From positions 1-64,000 of IMG/VR virus record IMGVR_UViG_2918249483_000002: a stretch of DNA of 64,000 bases. One strand, 5' to 3'. A program made the position numbers and the translations under genes. This document shows, one piece after another, positions 1 through 9,582 of this stretch. Positions within the stretch are counted from its first letter, which is position 1; each line of letters opens with the position of its first letter. The notes beneath the pieces were generated by a model. It was not told where the DNA came from. It ran no database searches and was given only the letters and a program-made list of their open reading frames with translations. The DNA is from a virus (Duplodnaviria > Caudoviricetes).

Positions 1-144
1 GTCGCGCTGGGCTTCAAGGTGGCGACCGACGGTGATTTCGGCCGGATGACGCGCAACGCGGTGGAAGCGTTCCAGGCGGCGCGCGGGCTGGTCGCTGACG
101 GTGTGGTCGGGCCGGTGACGGCCAAGGCGATGGGGATTGCGTGA
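1..144 (+). CDS. C-terminal peptidoglycan-binding domain of an endolysin (5'-truncated by window)
   Basis: Frame 1 reads VALGFKVATDGDFGRMTRNAVEAFQAARGLVADGVVGPVTAKAMGIA*, the PG_binding_1 pattern (DG.FG..T..AV..FQ...GL..DG.VGP.T). Confidence 0.85.
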   Translation, partial: VALGFKVATDGDFGRMTRNAVEAFQAARGLVADGVVGPVTAKAMGIA

Positions 145-440
145 TGGCCGCGCTCTCCAAGATCCTCCGCAGCGTCGAAGGCAATCGCCTCATGTTCTGG
201 TGCCCCGGCTGTGACGCTGCGCACGCTGTCCGCGTTGGCTCCGGCTCTGGCTGGACCTACAACGGCAACCCCGACAAGCCGACGTTCACCCCGTCGATCC
301 TGTTCAACCCCGGCGGCGAGACGCCCGGCGTGCCGCTCTGCCACAGCTTCGTGACGGACGGGCGCATCCAGTTCCTCGGCGACAGCACCCACCCGCTCGC
401 CGGCCAGACGGTCGACCTGCCGGACTTCGACGCCGGCTGA
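144..440 (+). CDS. DUF6527-like Cys/His protein in lysis cassette
   Basis: FWCPGC..H, WTYNGNPDKPTFTPS, CHSFVTDGRIQFLGDSTH motifs; ATG overlaps lysin stop. Confidence 0.7.
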   Translation: MAALSKILRSVEGNRLMFWCPGCDAAHAVRVGSGSGWTYNGNPDKPTFTPSILFNPGGETPGVPLCHSFVTDGRIQFLGDSTHPLAGQTVDLPDFDAG

Positions 441-514
441 CCGCAACCACTGCCACAGCTATCCGCCCGCGCCGTCCCGGCCGCGGGCTTTCTCAAGCCC
501 GAAAGGAATCCATT

Positions 515-1066
515 ATGCTCCCTCTGCTTCTCGCCGCCGCCGCTCCCCTCGCCCAACTGGCCGGGGAGGAGATCGCCAAGCTCATCGGCGGAGACGACCC
601 CGCGACTTCAGCCAAGGGCGCCGCGGTTGCCAAGGCGCTGGTGACCGCCGCCGGCACCGTTGCCGGGGTGCCCATCACCCGGCCGGAGGACATCGCCCCG
701 CTGGCCTCGATGATCGCCGAGGACCCCACCAAGCTGGCCGAGTTCCGGAAGGCGGTGGGCGACCAACTCATCGCGCTCCTGACGCTCGACAACGACGACC
801 GAGCCGGCGCGCGGGGGCAGACGGTCGAGCTGGCCAAGGCCGGCAGCCACATCGCATGGGGCGCCCCGGTGGTGTCCGTGGTGGTGATGTCCGTGTTCGG
901 AGCGGTGCTCTACAAGGTGCTGAGCACGCCTGCCGGCACCTCGATCGACCCGAACGCCGCAATCATGCTGGGGGCGTTGACGACGATGGCGACGGCGGTG
1001 GTGTCATATTGGGTCGGGTCGAGTGCCGGCAGTGCGGCGAAGGACAAACTGCTGCGCGGCGGGTAA
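515..1066 (+). CDS. Holin-like membrane protein
   Basis: Two C-terminal hydrophobic helices ending VVSYWVGSSAGSAAKD, typical of 3TM/GTA-type holins; follows endolysin; AAGGA RBS. Confidence 0.7.
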   Translation: MLPLLLAAAAPLAQLAGEEIAKLIGGDDPATSAKGAAVAKALVTAAGTVAGVPITRPEDIAPLASMIAEDPTKLAEFRKAVGDQLIALLTLDNDDRAGARGQTVELAKAGSHIAWGAPVVSVVVMSVFGAVLYKVLSTPAGTSIDPNAAIMLGALTTMATAVVSYWVGSSAGSAAKDKLLRGG

Positions 1067-2244
1067 GGCAGGGGAGGGAGCCGCCTTGGCTCACACCATT
1101 TTCCCTGGCCAAGGCCATGGCCCTCCATAGTCGAGATGCGGGACCTTGGCGATTCCGCCGCCACCATGGCTCAAGCGGTGCGGTTCACCCAAGTGCACCC
1201 CGTCATCGGATACCCCCGGACCCCGTAAAGGTCCGGGCCTCCTGTATAGGTGATGAACGCTTCTCCAGATGCGGAGAAAATTCGTGTCATAAGATATATT
1301 ATGGAAAATATTAATATAATGACCAGAATATCACGTCGGCTACCTTGCCGACCTTGGTCGCGTCCAGGCGCAGGCAATGTCAACATGTTGTGCTTGGCTA
1401 GACGGCTTGGCTCCAACGCCTTCCAATCGCTACCAACCGGCAATGGATTGCCCCGGTCCGCTCCGAGTCGCCTGTCGGCGACTCGACCATCGGGGAGGTT
1501 AAGTGCGCAAGGGCCGCGAGCGCTGTCTAATGGTGGAGGAGGAAGATTAGGCACCACAAAATATTGATCGCTTTGGGGCCGGGAGCCATAAATATCGAAA
1601 TTTCCGCTTCATATTGGTCTATCTTAGGCGGGGAGCAAAAATCTCCTGGAGAGCGTGCAACAGAGGCCATGCTGGCGTTGTTGACAGGGCAAATCGCTAG
1701 ATTTGCGGGGCTCTTCCAGTGTCAAACGCTATATCTGGTGGATTAGAACTTTCCTTCCCTTGCAGGCCCCGCGCTCGCTGGCTAGGATTGCCGCGTGGAG
1801 TCGGGCGGCGGATCCGCCGCCGCCCTAACCACTGACCTGTGAAGGAGGCCAAGATGATCCAATGGATCATTCTAACCAAGCTCCTGGTTGAACTGGTGCA
1901 GTCGATCCAGGCTATCCTGGTCCTCTTGCACTAACCGGAGCGGGGAAGGGTCGGCTGGACCCCGGCCCTTCCTCTCCGACACGATAGGACATCTCCTGCA
2001 CGTCTCGCAAGCCGCCAAATCGGCCAGATCATGTATTCGAAACGGCGCATGCACGCTATAGGCGGAGCCTGGACGGGGTAAGCCCTGAGCATGGCAGGCG
2101 CTCATCGAACTCTTCGATTCCCTCGTCTTCCGGTTCGCGAACAACCAATGCATCGCGCTCCGCGGCATAGGGGCTCCCGAGCAGCGGCAGCGCCGCAACA
2201 ACGCGACCATGACCGGCGTCACGTGCTGCTGTAGCCATCCGCTG

Positions 2245-3534
2245 CTAAGCCCGGACAACGGGCACATCCGTCAATCTGGTCGTATAAGAGGGTGACCGGG
2301 ATTCCTGACGCATCCGCCATGCCCGCCCCATCGTCGCCGCAGACCGAAGCGTGTCTCGTCCCATCCTGGCGTTGACGGCATCCATAGCCGCCATGAGCCG
2401 CGACCCGCGTTGCCGATCGGCAGCCTGCAGCAGATCCGGCTGAACGCGCTCGACCGGCACCAAGCCGGATAGGACGACGCCGGCCTTGCTGAACTGGAAT
2501 CCCTCGCGCCAGATCCGTTTCGCCGCCGCGGTGGCCGCTGCGATCAGGGCGAAGCTGTCGTTGGTCGGCGGCTGGAGCTCGACCGTGGCCGCGTTGGCGT
2601 AGCTCGGGCCCGAGCGGAAAGGCGAGGTATGCATGAAGACCTGCAAGGACTCGGCTGCCAACCCATGGGCGCCCTGCCCTCTCAGCTTCTCGGCCGCGCG
2701 GGACGCGTAGCTGGCCACAGCCTCTCGCATCGGCTCCCAAGTCTTCACCGGCTCGCCGAAGGAGCGGGTCACGGCGGTGCCCTTCACCGGCTGCGGCGCC
2801 AAGTCGAGCGGCAGGCACGCCACACCGCGGAGCTCATACACCAACCGCTCACCCACCACCGTCAGCAGCTTGCGCGCCTGGCGCGGGTCCATGCTGCGCA
2901 GGTCGGCCGCAGTCTTCACGCCGAGCATGTTGAGCTTCTCCGCGCTGCGCCGGCCGATGCCCCAAACCTCCTCCACCGGCACCATGTGGAGCACTTGCTC
3001 GCGGTCTCCCTCGTGCGTCAGGTCGCATACCCCGCCCTCCCCCATCAGCGACTTCTTGGCCGCGTGGTTCGCTAGCTTGGCGAGCGTCTTCGAGGAGGCG
3101 ATGCCGATGCACGTCGGGATTCCGGTCCACATCTTCACCGTTGAGCGAATCTCGGATGCATAGGCCGAGAGGTCACGGCCGTGAAAGCCCGAGAGGTCGA
3201 GAAAGCTCTCGTCGATCGAATAGTTCTCCAGGGCGGGGGTGAACCCGCGAAGGCACTCGGTCACCCTCTGGCTCATGTCGCCGTACAGCACGTAGTTGCT
3301 GCTGAACACGCGAACCCTGTGCCGGCGGACCAAATCCTTCACCTCGAACAGCGGCTGCCCCATCTTCACGCCGAGGGCCTTGAGTTCGGAACTCCGCGCG
3401 ACGAAGCATCCATCGTTGTTCGACAGCACGCCCACAGGAACGCCTTCAAGATCGGGCCGGAAGACCCGCTCACAGCTAACGTAAAAGTTGTTGCAATCGA
3501 CAAGGGCAATCGCTCGCGGCGCCATAGCCATCAC
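2245..3534 (-). CDS. umuC: Y-family DNA polymerase V catalytic subunit
   Basis: [29 protein letters not shown]-terminal [13 protein letters not shown]. Confidence 0.95.
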   Translation of the reverse strand: MMAMAPRAIALVDCNNFYVSCERVFRPDLEGVPVGVLSNNDGCFVARSSELKALGVKMGQPLFEVKDLVRRHRVRVFSSNYVLYGDMSQRVTECLRGFTPALENYSIDESFLDLSGFHGRDLSAYASEIRSTVKMWTGIPTCIGIASSKTLAKLANHAAKKSLMGEGGVCDLTHEGDREQVLHMVPVEEVWGIGRRSAEKLNMLGVKTAADLRSMDPRQARKLLTVVGERLVYELRGVACLPLDLAPQPVKGTAVTRSFGEPVKTWEPMREAVASYASRAAEKLRGQGAHGLAAESLQVFMHTSPFRSGPSYANAATVELQPPTNDSFALIAAATAAAKRIWREGFQFSKAGVVLSGLVPVERVQPDLLQAADRQRGSRLMAAMDAVNARMGRDTLRSAATMGRAWRMRQESRSPSYTTRLTDVPVVRA

Positions 3535-3986
3535 CTCCGGTGGAACCGAATGGTGCTGTAGATCACTCCCCAGATCTCGAATCCGGGCCGCCCCGTGACG
3601 TCCACGGCTTGGTATGCACGATCGTCGGAGTCTGGCGCCAGATAGGTCCGGCCGCTCCGAAGCAAGAGGCGCTTGCAGGTCAGCTCACCGTCAAGCACCG
3701 CAACAACCACGTCGTCGTGTCTGGCCGTGAGGCTGCGGTCGACGAGCGCCAAGTCGCCATCATGGATGCCGGCGCGCGACATCGAGTGTCCGCTGATTCG
3801 CAAGGTGAATGTCGCGCTGGGGTGCGGTACCAGGATCTCAGAAAGGTCGAGCCGACCCTCGACATAGTCGGCAGCCGGCGACGGAAAACCGGCCGGCACA
3901 TTCGCCTCAACCATCCAAATCTCGCATACGCTCATCTCGACGGGCTCCAGGTGGAGCTCGAACCCGACGTTGGTCAATGCTGGCAC
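3531..3986 (-). CDS. umuD: Pol V regulatory subunit (S24 peptidase)
   Basis: [11 protein letters not shown] cleavage motif, GHSM catalytic Ser, TCKRL catalytic Lys; coupled to umuC. Confidence 0.93.
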   Translation of the reverse strand: MPALTNVGFELHLEPVEMSVCEIWMVEANVPAGFPSPAADYVEGRLDLSEILVPHPSATFTLRISGHSMSRAGIHDGDLALVDRSLTARHDDVVVAVLDGELTCKRLLLRSGRTYLAPDSDDRAYQAVDVTGRPGFEIWGVIYSTIRFHRR

Positions 3987-4047
3987 GGCCCCCTCCTCCC
4001 ACCATTAGGCGCGACTTCGTAAACGTAGGAAGGATGTCCGGGTTCCG

Positions 4048-4062
4048 GAACTTTTCAAGAAC
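4048..4062. promoter_or_regulatory. Alphaproteobacterial LexA (SOS) box upstream of umuDC
   Basis: GAAC-TTTTCAA-GAAC = GAAC-N7-GAAC, ~60 bp upstream of umuD start. Confidence 0.8.
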
Positions 4063-4119
4063 AAAGAGCGGTTGACAGCTGAAACTGGAGCGCTCGTCTC
4101 TCAGGATCCGATTCGGGCC

Positions 4120-4294
4120 GGGGACTTGGGTGACGCCTACGGCCTTCATCCACAGCGGCAGGCTATGTCCACGGGACCAGAGTGACGGACATGGGGACTT
4201 GGGTGACGCGACTCGCTTAATCCACGGGACTCTGGTGACGCATACTACAGATAGAGTCTACAAGCTTTCAAATAGCCCCGTCACCTAAGTCCCC
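4120..4294. repeat. Iteron array / plasmid origin upstream of repA
   Basis: GGGACTTGGGTGACG copies at 4121 and 4194, variants GGGACCAGAGTGACG (4173) and GGGACTCTGGTGACG (4226), inverted copy CGTCACCTAAGTCCCC (4279). Confidence 0.85.
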
Positions 4295-4348
4295 GCCTTG
4301 ACGGTCTGCGGTAGGGCAGCCATGATCCCAGCAGATATGGAGGTTGGT

Positions 4349-5266
4349 ATGAGTGAAGCTCGACGCTTGATCCAGGTTCACGGCGTCGAAGAGGCCCGAC
4401 GAATTGCTCCGCAAGAACTGCGCCCTGCTATCGACATTGCGTCACAGGTTCTCGCATCAGAAGAGAACAAGACAGGCTTTAGCTATTCGGGCTTTGCCCT
4501 CACCGCCCTCCCCTACCGGCAGCTGGCTACCAGCGACAACTGGGTGAAGGAAGGGCATGACGTTACGCTTTCTATCGACCCTGGCACTCTGAAAATCAAC
4601 AATCGGATCCGCCGCTTTGGTGTTCCATACGGCAGCTATGCGCGGTTGGTCTTGATTTACTTGCAATCGGAAGCCGTCAAAAACAGCAGCCCGCACATCG
4701 AGCTTGGTGGCTCCCTCCGGGAATTCGTCACCGGGAAGCTTGGACGTGAGTATGGTGGTAAGACTGGAACGCTGCTGATGGATCAGATCTATCGGCTTGC
4801 CGCCTGCTCAATGCGATTTTTCTGGTCAAACGCGCATGGAGACGGCTTCGAAGCAAAGAACATCATCAAGAGCGGCTACTTCTATCGTGCCGGCGCAGGT
4901 GATGCCCAGGCTCAGCTCTGGGACGATGAAGTCGTTCTAGACGCCGATTTTTATGGGCACCTGAAGAAACACGCTGTGCCGCTACTGGATGAAGCTGTGC
5001 GTGCTCTGGCCGACGATGCGGTCGCTCTCGACGTCTATATCTGGCTGGCCTATCGACTCCGCGTCGTGGATCGACCAACCCCGGTAACTTGGGCTGCGCT
5101 GCACGCCCAGTTTGGCACAAATTACAAACTCGTCCGTCAGTTCAAGCACAAGTTCATTCCGAATCTTCAAAAGGCCCTGGCCGCCTATGATGGTGCGGTG
5201 GTGTCGATCGAAGACACTGGAGTGGTGCTGCATCCGAGCCGCCCGCCTGTTAGCCGGCTTCGGTAG
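4349..5266 (+). CDS. repA: Plasmid replication initiator, IncW/pBBR1-type RepA_C family
   Basis: LPYR..., GVPYGSYARLVLIYLQSEA, ALDVYIWLAYRL, W.AL..QFG..Y motifs; GGAGG RBS before ATG 4349; flanked by iterons. Confidence 0.9.
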   Translation: MSEARRLIQVHGVEEARRIAPQELRPAIDIASQVLASEENKTGFSYSGFALTALPYRQLATSDNWVKEGHDVTLSIDPGTLKINNRIRRFGVPYGSYARLVLIYLQSEAVKNSSPHIELGGSLREFVTGKLGREYGGKTGTLLMDQIYRLAACSMRFFWSNAHGDGFEAKNIIKSGYFYRAGAGDAQAQLWDDEVVLDADFYGHLKKHAVPLLDEAVRALADDAVALDVYIWLAYRLRVVDRPTPVTWAALHAQFGTNYKLVRQFKHKFIPNLQKALAAYDGAVVSIEDTGVVLHPSRPPVSRLR

Positions 5267-5375
5267 GCGTCACCCAAGTCCCCAGTCTCACAACGGCCGA
5301 CTGCAGACCCTAAACGGGGCTCAGCGCCCTTCCTACGTGAGATGGCGCTTGCCCTAAGGCGTCACCCAAGTCCCC
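5266..5375. repeat. Two iterons downstream of repA (copy-control locus)
   Basis: GGCGTCACCCAAGTCCCC at 5266-5283 and 5358-5375, the reverse complement of the upstream iteron. Confidence 0.85.
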
Positions 5376-5438
5376 AGAAGGTCGACGTTGACACCCTCCC
5401 CTCCCCTGTCGCACCCTCCGGCAAAACGGGGGAAGCTC

Positions 5439-6074
5439 ATGCCCATCATCACCTGCGCCAGCACCAAGGGCGGTCCGGGAAAGACCACGCTCTCTCTTTG
5501 CCTCGCCGACCACTGGCGTCGCTCCAACCGGTCGGTCGAGTTGTTGGACGTCGACCCTAATCGCAACCTGACGCAGTGGATCAAAAATTCTGGGGCGTCT
5601 ATCGCCTGCACAGCGATCGATGAAGACGACATCGTGGAGCGAGCGGCGGAAGCTGAAGCTCGGTCCGATTTCGTGGTGATCGATGTCGCTGGCGCGCTCG
5701 CTCGCGGCCTCGTGCATGCGATCGCTGTGGCAAATGCGGTGTTGATTCCAAGCCGTCCCGACGCCAAGGACACCCTCGAAGCGGCCAGAACCTACCAGAA
5801 CGTCATTGCAGAACGCCGGCTGGCCCAGCGCCGGAATCCTAAGGCTACGATCCCGGCCGCGGTGGTGCTGATGCAGGTGAACAAGCGGGCCCAGTCCTTC
5901 GGCTTCGCCAAGTCCCAACTGGAGGCGTTGAACGTTCCCCTGCTGAACGCCGAAGTGCCGTTCCGCGCGGCCTATCAGAATTACAGCTTTGCTGGGCTGC
6001 CACTGGATGATACCGCGGTCCGCGGCGACTATGCCGAGCTGGGTGCCGCCGTGGAGGCTCTGCTCCATGGCTAA
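5439..6074 (+). CDS. parA: ParA-family partition ATPase (short type Ib-like)
   Basis: Deviant Walker A KGGPGKTT, DVDPNRN, VVIDVAG; next to repA. Confidence 0.9.
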   Translation: MPIITCASTKGGPGKTTLSLCLADHWRRSNRSVELLDVDPNRNLTQWIKNSGASIACTAIDEDDIVERAAEAEARSDFVVIDVAGALARGLVHAIAVANAVLIPSRPDAKDTLEAARTYQNVIAERRLAQRRNPKATIPAAVVLMQVNKRAQSFGFAKSQLEALNVPLLNAEVPFRAAYQNYSFAGLPLDDTAVRGDYAELGAAVEALLHG

Positions 6075-6669
6075 GAAGCTTACCCCACGGATCGTGACTG
6101 CAGAACAGGCGACGGAGATTCTGAGCCCGTCGGATGCCCCGGCCCCGCGTCTTTCGCGACCTCTTGCGCCCGGCAAACTTCGCACACGTGCGAGTTTTGC
6201 GGATGCTATCGGCCGGCTCTGGGCTCAGGCTGAGGAAAACTTCATCGCCATCGGCCGCTACCTGAATCACGCCAAGACCACCTTGGAGCATGGCGAGTTC
6301 ATGGAGATGGTGGAGCGCGATCTCCCGTTCCGCTACAGCACTGGCAACCGCATGATGAAGGTGGCTGCGGCTCTGGATGCCAACGTCCTGTCGCTGGACA
6401 CCATGCCCGGTTCCTATGCGACGGCCTATGAGGTGCTTACGCTCACGGACGAAGAGCGTTCAGCTGCCGCTGAACAGGGTTTGATCCGGCCTGATGTGCA
6501 ACGCAAGGAAATCGCGGAGTTCAAGAAGCGCCTGCGAGCCCCTTCCCCTGCCCCATCAACCGATCGCCGCACAGAACTGCTGCGGGAGATCAAGCAGGCG
6601 AAAGATGAGGTAAAGCGTTGGAAGGAGCGGCAGGCGCAGCTGGAAGCCGAGCTGGCGGCTTTGTCCTAA
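6067..6669 (+). CDS. ParA partner, DUF3102-like DNA-binding protein
   Basis: IAIGRYLNHAK..L.HGEF.......LPF...T..RMMKVA resembles DUF3102; overlaps parA stop; C-terminal coiled coil. Confidence 0.65.
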   Translation: MAKKLTPRIVTAEQATEILSPSDAPAPRLSRPLAPGKLRTRASFADAIGRLWAQAEENFIAIGRYLNHAKTTLEHGEFMEMVERDLPFRYSTGNRMMKVAAALDANVLSLDTMPGSYATAYEVLTLTDEERSAAAEQGLIRPDVQRKEIAEFKKRLRAPSPAPSTDRRTELLREIKQAKDEVKRWKERQAQLEAELAALS

Positions 6670-7250
6670 TCTCGGAATCGAACCAAGGGTGTGGTGCCCT
6701 TGAGGTACAGGGGGTGCTTGGGGCTGCCATCAGCGTTTGTCCCAAAGCACCACATCTCGACGCCGGACTCCTTCAGAATCTGGACGGTCTCCTCACCGAA
6801 GACGGCTAAGGGGCGCGGCAGATTCCCCCAGCACGCCACCACCCTGTGCGCCGCTGTCGCTGCACTCAGGATCGCCGGCAGGTTTGCTCCAGACCGAGGC
6901 TCAACTCCTGCTCCGCTGAGGGATGCGGGATCGGTGGCGCGGAAGTCGCCGACGTTGGCCTTCACGAAACCAAGGTAGCCCTCGCGAACGGTGAACCCCC
7001 ATTCCCGCCTGATGGTGGGATCGTTGAAGGCTGCATCTGCAGTGCTCGGGTTCATTCCGATCAGCAGCCAGTGGTGGGCGGGAAATTCATCACCGACCCA
7101 TCGGCGGAGAATGTGGCGATAACGGCCGCAAGGGCTGAAGGCAGCGTCTCCGTGGAGACCGGGAGGGAGGGCCGTCTTCACCTTGCCGCCTGGCGCATGA
7201 AGCATGGCCGGCGTCGACGACGGGGCTGCGTCGAAGAGGTCGAGAGTCAT
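6666..7250 (-). CDS. DUF1643 family protein
   Basis: FSPCGRYR..L.R.W, IGMNPSTAD...DPTIRR, GSPKHPLY. Confidence 0.9.
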   Translation of the reverse strand: MTLDLFDAAPSSTPAMLHAPGGKVKTALPPGLHGDAAFSPCGRYRHILRRWVGDEFPAHHWLLIGMNPSTADAAFNDPTIRREWGFTVREGYLGFVKANVGDFRATDPASLSGAGVEPRSGANLPAILSAATAAHRVVACWGNLPRPLAVFGEETVQILKESGVEMWCFGTNADGSPKHPLYLKGTTPLVRFRD

Positions 7251-7648
7251 TCCTTATCCCTCCCCTCCCCCGCCGTGGTCTCGGACAGGATCTCCCTCAC
7301 AACTTCCGGCCGCTCCAGCATGACGGAAAGCACCGCGTCAGCTGCCCCCTGGTAGTTGGGCCAGTCGGCCGCGATCAAGTGAGCGTGCATGACGGCCCCA
7401 CCCTCTCGATGCCGCAAGTCGCGATCCAGCCGGGCGAAGGCCTGGATGTGTCGAAATTTCCTCCACGCCTTCTCTACACCGTGGACCTGCCGTGCGAGGG
7501 CGAGCAGCTCATCCAGCTCGGCAAGCTCTTCGTCGGTCATGCGCCCTTCCCCACCAGCGATGTCGAAGGCGCAGAGCGCGTGAGCAACGCGTTCCTGGAA
7601 GGTGATGGGGTGGCGTGGAGCTGCTTGGCCGAACGAGTCAGCCACCAT
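7247..7648 (-). CDS. Hypothetical phage protein
   Basis: Overlapping start/stop chain in leftward operon. Confidence 0.6.
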   Translation of the reverse strand: MVADSFGQAAPRHPITFQERVAHALCAFDIAGGEGRMTDEELAELDELLALARQVHGVEKAWRKFRHIQAFARLDRDLRHREGGAVMHAHLIAADWPNYQGAADAVLSVMLERPEVVREILSETTAGEGRDKE

Positions 7649-8183
7649 GGATCGGCTCCAGCTTCAGGTGGTCGTTGGTCCCGTGCATCTGGACGCGGTT
7701 CCGAGCGAGCGCGTCCTCGCGGTTCAGACCGATCAGGCTTCCGACCTTGCGGCGGGCCGTAAGGCTGATAGCCCGGTAGACGGTCTCGGAATGCTCCAGG
7801 CTGTAGTCGGCCGCGGCCGACCACATGTCCGCGTCAGTCCATCGGCGCTCGGCTTCCCAGCGGATGACATAGACCTCTGACATGTTGAGGTGGGTGACCG
7901 GGAATGCGCCGCGAGACTTGGGAGCGGCGTCGCGATACTCGAACATCCCAGGCTCGCTGCGGATCGGGACGACCCTCCACCATCCATGGACGATCATCCA
8001 GGGGGACACCACCGGTCGCCGGCCGTAGGGATCCCATAAGGAGTCGTCAGAGGCCGCGGCGTCGAGGAAGGCGCCGACATCGTGATGCCCTTTCGCCCAG
8101 AAGCCGAGCCACCCTCCCCCATCACCGCCGGCCTCGACCAACCGCTCGATGTCCATCTTCTCAACCGGCACGGCATCCTCCAT
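7638..8183 (-). CDS. Hypothetical phage protein
   Basis: Operon chain; GC3-biased codons. Confidence 0.6.
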   Translation of the reverse strand: MEDAVPVEKMDIERLVEAGGDGGGWLGFWAKGHHDVGAFLDAAASDDSLWDPYGRRPVVSPWMIVHGWWRVVPIRSEPGMFEYRDAAPKSRGAFPVTHLNMSEVYVIRWEAERRWTDADMWSAAADYSLEHSETVYRAISLTARRKVGSLIGLNREDALARNRVQMHGTNDHLKLEPIHGG

Positions 8184-8796
8184 CGATGTTGGCCTTGGTC
8201 ACCCGAAACGTGAGGGCGACGACAGCCGGGTTGGCGTTCCAAGACTCCGCGCCATGGAGGGTGTCCCACAGCGCCATGAAGCCGGCGCGGTATGACCCCT
8301 TCCAGTCCGGATTGAAGGGGCGCTGGATTTTGGTCTGGCTGGTGTACTGGCCCGCACCCTCGGCGATGGCGTCCTCCTCGCTGATGTCGTGGAGGTGCTG
8401 ATACCGAACCTCCTCAACGATCAGCGTCATCCTGCTGACCCAGCGGAACATGTGGATCGAGGGGCGCCAGCCTTTCTCGCTGCCCGACTCCAGGTCCCCC
8501 GCCCAGATCGACCATGCGCCCTCCCCGGCCGGGTACTTGGAGTAGTCGAAAGACGGCCCTGCCCCATAGTTCGGACCGTCATACTCCGGATACCAGCGAT
8601 GAAAGTTCGCCCTGTAGCAGACACAAGGGCCGCGAGCGGAGTTGGCCGGACACCAAGCCTCACGAACCCATAGGCGGTCACCGGGTTTGGCCTTGGCGAG
8701 GGGGCTGCGAGCGAGGCGCCGCGTCTGCGTCTTCAGGCCAGCCCACAGGGAGCGGGCCATCTGGTCCGAGAAGATGACGGAAAGGTCATTTTGCAT
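8161..8796 (-). CDS. ASCH/PUA-like phage protein
   Basis: FS..M...L.AG.KTQTRR, PGDRLWVREAW, W.PSIHM.RW.SR..L, LHDISEEDAIAEG, SW.ANP.V....F. Confidence 0.8.
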   Translation of the reverse strand: MQNDLSVIFSDQMARSLWAGLKTQTRRLARSPLAKAKPGDRLWVREAWCPANSARGPCVCYRANFHRWYPEYDGPNYGAGPSFDYSKYPAGEGAWSIWAGDLESGSEKGWRPSIHMFRWVSRMTLIVEEVRYQHLHDISEEDAIAEGAGQYTSQTKIQRPFNPDWKGSYRAGFMALWDTLHGAESWNANPAVVALTFRVTKANIDGGCRAG

Positions 8797-9004
8797 CCCG
8801 TGTCTCCTTGGGGCTGATGGGAGTTGAGAGCGCGCGCCGGCACTTCGAGCAGGTCACGGCTTCGGATCGGAGAGTCCACGTAGCGCGGCTCAAGTCGATG
8901 GCACGCGGGGAGGTGAAGCACGCCGCCGAAACTCGACCATCCGGGGCGACCAGCTTGGCCATGTGGATGGTCTTCGATCGGGTCTGAAAATCAGGCGGCA
9001 TCAA
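8786..9004 (-). CDS. Small Cys-containing hypothetical protein
   Basis: Operon chain; VTCSKC motif. Confidence 0.55.
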   Translation of the reverse strand: MMPPDFQTRSKTIHMAKLVAPDGRVSAACFTSPRAIDLSRATWTLRSEAVTCSKCRRALSTPISPKETRDAK

Positions 9005-9299
9005 TAATGCTCCTCACCATGCCGGGCAGTTCGGCCTTCAGGGCTGCCATCACGCGCTTTTCGAGTTCCTTGCGGGGGGCAGGCGGCTTGGGCGGGACCT
9101 TCAGCGGTTCGCCGTTGGCGGTCCGAACGTCGATCTGGCGGTAGAGTTCAGCGTAGAGCGCTTCGACCGCCTCGCCGTGCTCCTCCCACGCCGCCTCTGG
9201 CGCCGTCTTCCAGTTCGGATGATCTCTCAACCGGCGTTCGGTGACAGCCAGCGACAGGATGCGTTCCAGGTCGGCGCGCATGGGTGAGGGGTCATGCAC
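8991..9299 (-). CDS. Hypothetical phage protein
   Basis: Operon chain. Confidence 0.55.
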   Translation of the reverse strand: MHDPSPMRADLERILSLAVTERRLRDHPNWKTAPEAAWEEHGEAVEALYAELYRQIDVRTANGEPLKVPPKPPAPRKELEKRVMAALKAELPGMVRSIIDAA

Positions 9300-9582
9300 G
9301 ACACGCTTCCCTCGAAACGGTCAGCAGTTCCAGCCATGGTGCGATCGGCTCGGCCGGCTGGGCCTCGACGACGAAATCGCACTCGCCGCACTGGCACAGG
9401 TAATCCGGCTGGCAATGGCGACAGGCCTTCGTGTAGCGGACGCCGGTCCAGCCGTCGCGGAAGCCGTTGGCGAAGGTCACCGCGAGATAGCGGTCACCGA
9501 TTCGGATCGGATGGCCGCAGCGGTAGCAGTCGTGCTGCTTGTGGGCGGTGTGGAACACCTGGCGGAGAATAGTTGCCATCAC
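9292..9582 (-). CDS. Zn-finger-like hypothetical protein
   Basis: AHKQHDCYRCGHPI..GD.Y, CRHC, CQCGEC. Confidence 0.6.
   Translation of the reverse strand: MMATILRQVFHTAHKQHDCYRCGHPIRIGDRYLAVTFANGFRDGWTGVRYTKACRHCQPDYLCQCGECDFVVEAQPAEPIAPWLELLTVSREACRA

Noticed and set aside
1290-1325. AT-rich palindrome as a protelomerase (telRL) site
   Set aside because: Symmetry is only ~10 bp and no protelomerase gene is visible
1330-1490. c-di-GMP-I riboswitch resemblance on minus strand
   Set aside because: Lacks the GNRA/receptor P2-P3 arrangement and conserved GCAAA elements
4120-5375. Repeats as a CRISPR array
   Set aside because: Short (15-18 bp), irregularly spaced, both orientations, flanking repA: iterons; no cas genes
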